Positions 18,798-27,274 of a stretch of 64,000 nucleotides of DNA are shown one piece after another. The stretch spans positions 1-64,000 of the forward strand of contig JBGCFM010000062.1 of assembly GCA_045106895.1 (NCBI GenBank). The letters run 5' to 3'. The stretch is from Polyangiales bacterium. GTDB lineage: Bacteria; Myxococcota_A; Polyangia; Polyangiales; Houyiibacteriaceae. How positions within the stretch are numbered: position 1 is the stretch's first letter; the number at the start of each line of letters is the position of its first letter. The position numbers and the translations under genes are program-made. The notes under the pieces are model-generated. The model was given only the letters and a program-made list of their open reading frames with translations. It ran no database searches and was not told where the DNA came from.

Positions 18798-20126
18798 ATG
18801 ACGGCAAGAACCTCCCTCCTTCTGGCGCTCATCAGCGCATTCTCATTCGGCACCGCACACGCCCAAACCTGGGGCATTCGACCGCCTACATTTGGCGAGA
18901 CCATTCGTCAGGTGACTGCGCTTCCATCAAACCAAGGCGCACAACGGCTCGCGGCACAACACGGCCTCAACGTCGTGAACGTCATGTGGGAAGACACCGG
19001 GCGAAACGCTGGTTCCTCCGTGGGCCCGAACATCAGCGACATCACGCTTCAGGTTCGGGAACCCATCGCCGGAGGCGGCGTGCGTACACATCTTCTGCCC
19101 GTCATTCGACACCCGAACTTCAGCGACCGCACCGCCGACGTTCGCGCGAACCATATGTGGGTCCGCGTTGGAAACCAGCGTGAGGGCGAAGGGCTACGCA
19201 ACGTTCCCCTCCGCGAAGTGCTGAGTCACCTCCGCGCCTACCTCAGCGATCCAAGCAGCCTCCAAGGCGAGGATGACTTCAGCGCGCCTCGCGATACGCA
19301 CTACCTCGTCAGCGCCCAGCATGTCTTCGTTCCCATTCAGGCCGTCGGGCAAGCTGAGTTCAACCCGGTTATCTACAACTACCAGAGCTACCCCGAGTCG
19401 CCGGCGGTGATGACACTCCTCGTGACGCGCCAAGGTACGAGCGCCACCATCGTCGACAACCGCCGAGGCGACCAATCCCTTCAAGGCTGGGGACAGCAGC
19501 TCTTCTTCAACCATGCGGGGCAGCGCACCACGTTCACCGCCGAGCGACGAAGCGCCGTTCAGGCGCGCATCGAGAGCGGCGAGACCTCATCCCAAGACGT
19601 CGGTGCCCTCGAAGAAGGCGCCGACATGATGATGCTGATTCAGGTCCCTCTTCGACAGCGCAACCCACGCCGACAAATGCAGATGGAGATGGAAATGAAC
19701 ATCCCATCCGCGCCAATGATGGGCGGTGCGCCAACATCGGCGTCCCGGAGTTCTGGACGCTCGGACGTTGAGCGTGCCGTCATCGGTCACGGCGAAGACA
19801 TGGGCGTCTTTCGCGAGATGGGCAATATGCGACTCGTCCGCGACGAGCGCTTTCCGGTTCGCGTGACCGTGCAGTTCTACCGCGCCACAAGCAACGGCGT
19901 CATCAGCGCCGAGGACATGGCGGACGTACGACGCAGCATCGATCGCGTCTACGAAGACGGTGAGTTTGTCGGTTCTCTCGTCGTTCCGCGCGGAGAGCGG
20001 ACGCGCCCAACGGACTGGATTCGAACCCGGCGTCGCTTCTTGCGACGGCACTCGGCGCTGACTCCGGCGTTCCACCTTCCGGTGCCTGCTGCGTTCGAAC
20101 ACTTCGCCGCGCTGACCACCTACTGA
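18798..20126 (+). CDS. Secreted conserved hypothetical protein (WEDTGR...GPNISD family)
   Basis: Signal peptide ending AHA-Q from ATG 18798; long ORF with normal amino-acid composition. Confidence 0.8.
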   Translation: MTARTSLLLALISAFSFGTAHAQTWGIRPPTFGETIRQVTALPSNQGAQRLAAQHGLNVVNVMWEDTGRNAGSSVGPNISDITLQVREPIAGGGVRTHLLPVIRHPNFSDRTADVRANHMWVRVGNQREGEGLRNVPLREVLSHLRAYLSDPSSLQGEDDFSAPRDTHYLVSAQHVFVPIQAVGQAEFNPVIYNYQSYPESPAVMTLLVTRQGTSATIVDNRRGDQSLQGWGQQLFFNHAGQRTTFTAERRSAVQARIESGETSSQDVGALEEGADMMMLIQVPLRQRNPRRQMQMEMEMNIPSAPMMGGAPTSASRSSGRSDVERAVIGHGEDMGVFREMGNMRLVRDERFPVRVTVQFYRATSNGVISAEDMADVRRSIDRVYEDGEFVGSLVVPRGERTRPTDWIRTRRRFLRRHSALTPAFHLPVPAAFEHFAALTTY

Positions 20127-20147
20127 GCGCCCCCTTCAAGGAACACA

Positions 20148-21509
20148 TCAGAAAGCGAGGGCACGCAGTCGTGCTCTCGCTTCTTCTTGTGCCTCGCGGT
20201 AGCCGTCAGACTGCGAGAGCGAGCGGGCGAAGTCGCCGACGACGCCGACGGTCTTGCCCCCGACGGCCATCGCATGGATGGCCCCCGCGGCGTCGCCGTA
20301 CACCAGGGCGTGGAGGGGATTGTTCGCGGGCCAAAGCCCAGGATGGTCCGTGTCCCAAACGAGCAAGTTGGCGAGCGCTCCCGCCTCGATGACGCCGGCA
20401 CGGAACTGCGGGTGAAGGCTACCCGCCATCCCCCACACCTTCGTCAGAAGCCCATCCACGGGAGCCTTGGCCTTCTGCTGTCGGTGCTCCCATACGTCTC
20501 CGGCGCTCGCATTCCCGTCCAGGAAGCGCTCATACTCCGAGGACCAAGAGGCGCCCGCGGTATTCCATCCGGCGGCAAAACGAAGCTCTTTCAGTAGGTT
20601 CACCGAGTCGTTCGACGCCGACGCGTCTGTCGCCAGAGTCCAGCGCACGTTCTCCTCGCTCCACACATCAAAGCGAGCCGGCAGCCCAAAGAGCAGCTGC
20701 GCGTGGGGACAAGCGACAAGGGTCTGTGACTCACCGAGGAGCGCCAACTCCTCGCGCGCCACAAAGATCGCGTGGGCAAAGACGGAGTGAACGTCCGGCT
20801 CGAGGACGCCCAAGGAGTCGAGCCAGCGGAGCGGCGTGCACCCATGCCTTTCAAGGCTGCGCGCAACCTCCTCCGGGGACTGCGCGAGGTGCGCATGGAG
20901 CGGAAGGTTTTCCGTGCGAGCAAGCTTCGTGACCCGGGCCCAATGCTCCGCGCTGACCGTGTCCGTCGCGTGGGGCCCCACACACGCGTAGATGTTCCGC
21001 GCACGCCAAGAGTCCGTGTTGAGAGACACGGTTTCCTCGTACGCCTTCTCGAGCGTCTTCACCCCTGGCCCTGCGAGGTTTTGAAGCGTCGGCGCGATGA
21101 CAGCGCTGAGGCCTACGCCGGAAATAGCCTCGGCGAGGGCCTCCGCGTGAAAGTAGTGGTCCCACACCATCCCAATGCCGTTGAGGAGCGCCTCGTAGGC
21201 ACCGACCCGAGCGAACGCTGCGACATCACTTGGGGTGAGCTTGGATTCAAAGCGGTAGAACAGATCCTCGACGACGTTGCCCTCGCATGCGGCGGGATCG
21301 AACCCTCGCAGCGCGACAAGCGCGAGGTGCGTGTGGGGGTCGACAAAAGCGGGGGTCAGCAGCTTGTCGCCAAAGTGCTCCGCTCCTTCGGGAGCCGGGC
21401 CTCGGCCGCACTCCGCGATGGTCCGGCCCTCCGCGCGCACCCACCCCGCTTCGACCTCATGGCGGCCATCGGGCCCTTCAAATACAACTCGATTGGACGC
21501 CCAAAGCAC
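20148..21509 (-). CDS. Amidohydrolase/deaminase (MtaD/SsnA/AtzB-like)
   Basis: PAFVDPHTH, GPHA, HAHLAQS, FAHAI, LATDASASND, GALANL. Confidence 0.88.
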   Translation of the reverse strand: MLWASNRVVFEGPDGRHEVEAGWVRAEGRTIAECGRGPAPEGAEHFGDKLLTPAFVDPHTHLALVALRGFDPAACEGNVVEDLFYRFESKLTPSDVAAFARVGAYEALLNGIGMVWDHYFHAEALAEAISGVGLSAVIAPTLQNLAGPGVKTLEKAYEETVSLNTDSWRARNIYACVGPHATDTVSAEHWARVTKLARTENLPLHAHLAQSPEEVARSLERHGCTPLRWLDSLGVLEPDVHSVFAHAIFVAREELALLGESQTLVACPHAQLLFGLPARFDVWSEENVRWTLATDASASNDSVNLLKELRFAAGWNTAGASWSSEYERFLDGNASAGDVWEHRQQKAKAPVDGLLTKVWGMAGSLHPQFRAGVIEAGALANLLVWDTDHPGLWPANNPLHALVYGDAAGAIHAMAVGGKTVGVVGDFARSLSQSDGYREAQEEARARLRALAF

Positions 21510-21597
21510 CCGCTCTTATCTCATACCGGTGCGATGCCTAACAACGGGCATCTTCAGGCCGGCGCTCTCGCCCACCGTCGCTCGGATGAACGATCGG

Positions 21598-24000
21598 CTA
21601 GTTGAGGCGCCGCATGATGCGCACGGTCTCGCCGGCTGGAACTTCGACGGTGACGTTGTGCATCTCGCCGTCCTGGGTCTTTAGACCAATACGGTGTGAG
21701 CCCGCGCTGACGCGGTGACCTCGCACGGGCGTGTTGAGCCCCGTGGCGCGTCCATCGATGTAGACTTCGGCCCAAGGGATCGTGTTGATCACGAGCGTGC
21801 CGCGTCCGCCGCGCGTCATCATCGAAGCAGGCGGCTGCGTACGCGCGATGCGCATGATGGATGGCTCTGTAGTCTCACGCATGGTCGAAACACGCATCGT
21901 TACGCGCATCTGCGACGCTCGGGGCTCTTCGACCTCGGGTTCGTCTTCGACCTCTGGAGGATCGTCCGCGACTTCGGGTTCCACCTCGGGGTCTACCTGT
22001 GGCACCTCCACCTCAGGAAGCCCGGTCTCCGTGTCGACAACGGGGTCCGCCGCGGCGACCACCGGTGGTTCAGGAGTGGGCTCAGGAACCGCCGGTGGAG
22101 GCTCCGCTGCAACAGCCGCGGTCAACGCTACCGAGAGCGTTGAGATCCCGCCTTCGGAAACGGCGACGTTCTCCTGCCAATCCGTGTAACCAGGCGCGAC
22201 GATGGTGACGACGCGGTCCCCGGCCGGCACACCTTCGATGCGCACGGGAGCAGTACCTCGTGCGACGCCATCGATGCGCACCTCCGCGCTGATCGGCGGA
22301 GACGTCCGAATCTCGATCGTTCCAACGTCCGAGCCCATCATGGCAAACACGGCAGCGCCGATGATGCCGAGGGCGAGAACGCCCGCGAGGGCGAAGAGCA
22401 TCCAGGTCTTCTTCGCGGGCTCCTTCTCCCCTTCGAGCGGTGGTCGAGGCAGTTCGGCGGTGGCAGAAGCCATGGGCGGGGCAGTGAATCCCGGCGGTGG
22501 CTGGTGACCCGGCGGTGGCTGGTGACCCGACTGACCCGGGGGTGCGAAGGGCGGGGGAGCAAACGTAGGCGCCGCGGGGGTTCCGGGATGCTCGATACCC
22601 ATCAATGTGGGATCGCTCTGGGGTTCCAAATGGGCCTGACCCGCGCCCAGTCCAACGCCGGGAGACGGCCTCGGTGCCAAGGGGGGAACGCCGCCTAGCG
22701 GCTTCGGAGGGGCAAAGGCGCGCGGTGGTGCCGCGGCGACAAGCGCCGAGGGCTCCAGGACTTCTTCGAACTCTTCGGCCGAGAAGAAGATCTGCGTCGC
22801 TTCCTCTTCCAGCTCGGCGGGAGCCGGCGGGCCCGCGGCGGCGGCGGCCTCCATGGCGTCGAAGGGCGACGCCGTAATCATCGTGGACTCGCCCTCGAGC
22901 TCCGCGAACGGGTCCGGCTCCGCAGGCTTCGGCGCCGGCGGCCGCGGCGCGAGCTTTGGCCCGGTCTCCGGCGGCGGGCTGCTTGGTCGCGCCACTTTCG
23001 CGTAACCGTCGAGTCGGCCCTTCTCTTTGGCCACCTCGTCGGCAAACGCCGACGTCATCCAGGCAGCGAGCTTCGTCGTGGTGAACGTTGGTCGCTGCGA
23101 AACAAGGAACTGCTGGAGCGACTCGTGAAGTTCGCCCGCGGACTGCCATCGGTCGTCGACGTTCCGCGCGAGTGCGCGCATCACGATCTGCTCGAACTCC
23201 TTGGGCAGATCGGGGATGAACTCGGAGGGTGGACGTGCCGCGGCGTGACGTACTTTCTCCAGCGTGGAGAAATCACTCTCGCCGACGAAGAGCCGGTCCG
23301 CAGTGAGCATCTCGTACATGCATGTACCGACGGCGAAAATGTCGGAGCGATGGTCGATGGGCAAGCCTCGAACCTGCTCCGGACTCATGTAACCAAACTT
23401 ACCCTTGAGAACACCGGCCTGTGTAGTCGTGGTTCGCGACGCTGCTTTCGCGATGCCGAAGTCGATGAGCTTGACGGCCCCCTCGTAGCTAACAAGGACG
23501 TTCTGCGGGGAGATGTCGCGATGAATCAGGTTGAGCGGTTGGCCGTCACGGTCACGCTTTCCGTGCGCGTACTCCAAGGCCTCGCACATACGAGTGCCGA
23601 TGAACGCCACCATCGCTGCGGGCATTCGCTTCCGCATCTTACGAAAGCGATTCATGATCTGAAGCAAGTCCTTGCCCCAGACGTACTCCATCGCGATGTA
23701 GTGGCTCTCGCCGATCTTCCCGAGTTCGTAGATGGGGACGATGTTCGCGTGATTCAGATGACCGGCGATTTTCGCTTCATCGATGAACATGTCGATGAAG
23801 TCTTCGTCCTCCGCCATCGTTGGAAGAATCCGCTTAACAGCGATAATCTTCTCGAACCCTTCGATGCCGAATGACTTGGCGAGAAAGACCTCGGCCATGC
23901 CACCAACGGCGAGTCGGTCGAGGAGGAGGTACTTCCCAAACGGGATCGCGCGCCCTTTGGACTGAGGGCTCTGCCCCCCACTTGTGTGCGTAATCGCCAT
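21598..24000 (-). CDS. Membrane Ser/Thr protein kinase with two PEGA domains
   Basis: GGMAEV, HRDISPQN, DFGIAK, KGKFGYMSPEQ; TM; PEGA-like IRTSPP..EVRIDG and INTIPWAEVYIDG. Confidence 0.93.
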   Translation of the reverse strand: MAITHTSGGQSPQSKGRAIPFGKYLLLDRLAVGGMAEVFLAKSFGIEGFEKIIAVKRILPTMAEDEDFIDMFIDEAKIAGHLNHANIVPIYELGKIGESHYIAMEYVWGKDLLQIMNRFRKMRKRMPAAMVAFIGTRMCEALEYAHGKRDRDGQPLNLIHRDISPQNVLVSYEGAVKLIDFGIAKAASRTTTTQAGVLKGKFGYMSPEQVRGLPIDHRSDIFAVGTCMYEMLTADRLFVGESDFSTLEKVRHAAARPPSEFIPDLPKEFEQIVMRALARNVDDRWQSAGELHESLQQFLVSQRPTFTTTKLAAWMTSAFADEVAKEKGRLDGYAKVARPSSPPPETGPKLAPRPPAPKPAEPDPFAELEGESTMITASPFDAMEAAAAAGPPAPAELEEEATQIFFSAEEFEEVLEPSALVAAAPPRAFAPPKPLGGVPPLAPRPSPGVGLGAGQAHLEPQSDPTLMGIEHPGTPAAPTFAPPPFAPPGQSGHQPPPGHQPPPGFTAPPMASATAELPRPPLEGEKEPAKKTWMLFALAGVLALGIIGAAVFAMMGSDVGTIEIRTSPPISAEVRIDGVARGTAPVRIEGVPAGDRVVTIVAPGYTDWQENVAVSEGGISTLSVALTAAVAAEPPPAVPEPTPEPPVVAAADPVVDTETGLPEVEVPQVDPEVEPEVADDPPEVEDEPEVEEPRASQMRVTMRVSTMRETTEPSIMRIARTQPPASMMTRGGRGTLVINTIPWAEVYIDGRATGLNTPVRGHRVSAGSHRIGLKTQDGEMHNVTVEVPAGETVRIMRRLN
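22490..22529. repeat. Exact 18-bp tandem duplication encoding (GHQPPP)2
   Basis: cccggcggtggctggtga twice, read directly. Confidence 0.9.
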
Positions 24001-24118
24001 ATTCGCTTTCCATGATGCCCAAGCTTTTTGCCGGGATCAACGTTGGACATGCTTTCCTCTCAGACATGGGGGCCACAGACCACGGTCCACAGCCCCCACC
24101 GAGTGCCGGCGACGGACG

Positions 24119-24148
24119 AAAAAAGCCAGCTCCGAAGAGCTGGCTTTT
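24119..24148 (-). terminator. Intrinsic terminator of the lipoprotein gene (possibly bidirectional)
   Basis: Minus strand: GCCAGCTC-TTCG-GAGCTGGC then T6 (cUUCGg loop); T4 follows on the plus strand. Confidence 0.88.
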
Positions 24149-24170
24149 CCTGAGAGCGAAGGGTGCGTGA

Positions 24171-25118
24171 CTAGAGTGTGTCGCCCTGGATCGCTGGAAC
24201 GGCGTTGTACCCAAGACCCAAGGAGATACGTGCGCAGATGGTGCCTTCGGGGTTTGGCTCAAGGTCGCCGAAGCCCTGGAGGATTCCGAGAGCGCCTTCT
24301 TCGTCGATGCCGACGTCGGCGGCACCGATGGCTGCCGCGAGCTCTTCGATGCTCAAGGACCCAGCGATCTGACCGTTCTCAAGACCGTTTTCGGTGATGT
24401 CACCCGAGAAGATGGCTTGGCTCACGTTGAGAACGAGGGGCGCATCTTCGTCGAGGGGAATCTCGACGGGGAAGTTCGGGAGGCTCGCGGTGAAGCGGCC
24501 GTCGACGATGGCGCCGGGGATGTTGATGGCCTCGGAGTCGATGTCGATGGTCTGACCTGGAGCGAGCCGGCCGTCTTCAAGGACAGGGGCCGCGTCACCA
24601 GGGATGGCGCCGTCTGGGTAAAGAATGCCCATGACTTCGCTGTCGTTGGCCCCGTCAACGCCCGTGAGCGCGACAGTGATAAGGAGCCCTCCGTCGGAGA
24701 TCTGCCCGCTGAGCTGGTCGCCGATGGGCTCGTCGAGCATGCCTTCAATAATAGGCAGAATACGCGCGAGGGCGTTGTCGACGCCTTCGGTGCCGTCGGG
24801 GTGAACGTAGTCTTCCACGCCGCAACCACCTGGGTCGCCAGCCGCGGTCACTTCCATGTCGAGGTTGGCGCCGATCACGGTGCCGTCGGACGGATCTGGG
24901 GAAGGGATGTTGAGCTCATTCACGACGAAGAAGCACTCTCCATCGCAACCCGGAAGAGCTTCTGGCGGTCCTGCATCGGTGTCGATTGGGCCCGTGTCAA
25001 CGGCAGGGACATCCGCTCCGCCAGCGTCCACCATCGGTGTGGTGTCGTCGTCGCCGCATCCGACAAAAATAAGGCTCGTGGCGAGCAGGGAGCCAATCGC
25101 TAGGTTCTTCAAGTTCAT
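24171..25118 (-). CDS. Acidic lipoprotein of unknown function
   Basis: AAGGAGG RBS; lipobox FVGC-GDDD; D/E-rich; GCGVEDY...GVDNAL motif; has its own terminator. Confidence 0.85.
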   Translation of the reverse strand: MNLKNLAIGSLLATSLIFVGCGDDDTTPMVDAGGADVPAVDTGPIDTDAGPPEALPGCDGECFFVVNELNIPSPDPSDGTVIGANLDMEVTAAGDPGGCGVEDYVHPDGTEGVDNALARILPIIEGMLDEPIGDQLSGQISDGGLLITVALTGVDGANDSEVMGILYPDGAIPGDAAPVLEDGRLAPGQTIDIDSEAINIPGAIVDGRFTASLPNFPVEIPLDEDAPLVLNVSQAIFSGDITENGLENGQIAGSLSIEELAAAIGAADVGIDEEGALGILQGFGDLEPNPEGTICARISLGLGYNAVPAIQGDTL

Positions 25119-25273
25119 TCAAAATCCTCCTTGGTGGGGTGCCCGGTAAGAGAGTGCCGCGAGCGCGCGGATAACATCATGGTCCAGGCAGGCCCACAAG
25201 CTAGTTATGCCCAACCTATCACGCAGAACGAAGAGTGCCCAAAAGCAGCCTTCGTTTGCGCACGGTGGGATAA

Positions 25274-27274
25274 TTATCGAATAGTTCCGACGACTTCGGC
25301 GGTGCGCCGGTTGCCGCCTGTGTCGTAGGCGCGAACCGCAAAGATGTGGGAACCACTGCCGACGGCGGACACATCGATGGCGAAGGCCTCGCTTCGCTCG
25401 TCGAGAAGGCCGTCATCGCTGTGCGCAGGCAGAAACGGCCCGTTGTCCACGGACCACTCGATGCGGCGGATCGGGCCCAAAGAATCCGTGACGCTACCGG
25501 CGAGTGAGCCTCGGCGAAGCGCAACGGTGATCTCCGGCGCATGGTTGTCCACCAGGATCGTCTCGCTCTCTCGGCTGTCCGCCAAAGCAAGATCCGCCGG
25601 GTTCGCGATAGCGTCGGTGGCCTTCACCTCGACGACGTAGAGGCCGTCAGGGATCCCGGATGTATCCCAGGTGTAGTTCGTCGCGGTGTGAATCACGTCC
25701 TCGCTGAACATATCGCGCCAAACCGATTGGCTCTCCTCGCGAAAACGCAGACGGTAACGGAGGGAATCTTCATCCGGGTTCGTCACGCTCCAATTGAGCT
25801 CAACGCGTGAGGACGCTCGCGGAAGCGCGTCGCGCCCCCGTTTCTTGGATGGTGCCTTTAGGCCGACGTTCCCAACGACGGCTCGCTGATTCTGCGGCAG
25901 ATAGAAGAGCTCAATCTGGCGCACTTCGGAATTCGAGCGAAGCCGCGCGCGAACCTGAACGTAACGCGCGCTGGCCGAACGGACGGGCCCTGGCGTGGTC
26001 AACTCCGCGGACCACTCCGTCCAGCTCTCGTCTGGCTCGGCGGTGTTCCCGCTACGCGTGGCGAGACCGACGCTGCCACTCCCAGTCCAAGTGATCCTTC
26101 CAAAACGGGAGCGGTACTCAGCATCCAGAACCTTGCTGATCCAGAACGGGCTCTCGCCCGCGGGCTGCGTTCGATAGAGCGCCGCCGAGTCGCCGGTGAT
26201 GAGCGTGGGGCTCGCGCCGCTCACGTCGATGCCGAGAACCTGACGTTCGTCGAGATCCAACCAGGTGGCGCTCGTTCGGTCCGGCGCGACGCGGTAGACG
26301 CGCCCTTCGCGCCCTGAACCGATGAGCGTGACGCCTTCGGCGTCGATGGCGACGGATGCGAAGTGTTCGGTTTCGACGGCGAAGACTCGTTCGACACGAC
26401 CGTCGCCGTCTACACGAAAGAGCCGCCCTTTTCCGGGGCGGGCACGCCGCGCTGCAGCTTTGGACGGAGCCTTGGTGGACGTGCTCGTGGTGCGCGGCGC
26501 TGGCATCTCGTTGGCGGCGACGGAGAGCATTCCGCCTCTCGCAGCCAACGCCGTGACTTCGTTTCCGGGGAAGTCGGCGACGACGGACACATCGTCCCCA
26601 TCGACGCGATACACGATAGCTTCGCCATCCGTGCCCGCGTAGAGCGCGCCATCGTAGGCGAGGGAGAGAACGTGACCCTGATCGGTGTCGAGGACCACCG
26701 TGGTGGCGCCGGACTGCGTGTTGATGCGGAAGACTTTTCCTTCGGGCCCTGTGCCCGCGTAGAGGGAGTTGCCCTCAAGAACCAACGACCAAACGTGTTG
26801 CGTCTCTTCGAGCTGCGCGAGCTCACGAACGTTTCCGCTGCTGATCTCAACGGCAAAGATGCGCCCTTCGGGGATGGTGCCTGCGTAGAGCGTGCCGCCT
26901 CCAGCGACGCACGAGGCCACCATCAGCTGCCCCGTCTCTGCGAAGACCTCGGACGCGCCACCACGAACGCGATAGATCTTGCCTTCGTCCCCCGTTCCAA
27001 CAAGCCACGAGCCTCCGGCGCCGGCGGCAAGACAGCGCGCGATGGGCACGCCCTCAAGACCCACGCGCTCCGTCGAAACGCCCGCGCTCAGATGCCCGTC
27101 GGAGTGAACCATCGCGCCATCGAGCTCACCACCGGCGAAGTCTGCTGCGGAGTCCAAACGAAACGTGCGTGTCGAAATGGCGTCGGCGGATTGAGTGAAT
27201 ACCAAGCCCCCCGCGAGCACACTCGCGAAGGCAATGGAGATGAGAAGTCGGCGAACTCGAAGTCGTTGATTCAT
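25274..27274 (-). CDS. Secreted beta-propeller protein with C-terminal Fn3/Ig-like domains
   Basis: Signal peptide; repeated LYAGTGxxG(K/R)(V/I)(Y/F)R(V/I) blades; LNWSVTNPDED, YTWDTSGIPDGLYVVEVKATD. Confidence 0.85.
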   Translation of the reverse strand: MNQRLRVRRLLISIAFASVLAGGLVFTQSADAISTRTFRLDSAADFAGGELDGAMVHSDGHLSAGVSTERVGLEGVPIARCLAAGAGGSWLVGTGDEGKIYRVRGGASEVFAETGQLMVASCVAGGGTLYAGTIPEGRIFAVEISSGNVRELAQLEETQHVWSLVLEGNSLYAGTGPEGKVFRINTQSGATTVVLDTDQGHVLSLAYDGALYAGTDGEAIVYRVDGDDVSVVADFPGNEVTALAARGGMLSVAANEMPAPRTTSTSTKAPSKAAARRARPGKGRLFRVDGDGRVERVFAVETEHFASVAIDAEGVTLIGSGREGRVYRVAPDRTSATWLDLDERQVLGIDVSGASPTLITGDSAALYRTQPAGESPFWISKVLDAEYRSRFGRITWTGSGSVGLATRSGNTAEPDESWTEWSAELTTPGPVRSASARYVQVRARLRSNSEVRQIELFYLPQNQRAVVGNVGLKAPSKKRGRDALPRASSRVELNWSVTNPDEDSLRYRLRFREESQSVWRDMFSEDVIHTATNYTWDTSGIPDGLYVVEVKATDAIANPADLALADSRESETILVDNHAPEITVALRRGSLAGSVTDSLGPIRRIEWSVDNGPFLPAHSDDGLLDERSEAFAIDVSAVGSGSHIFAVRAYDTGGNRRTAEVVGTIR

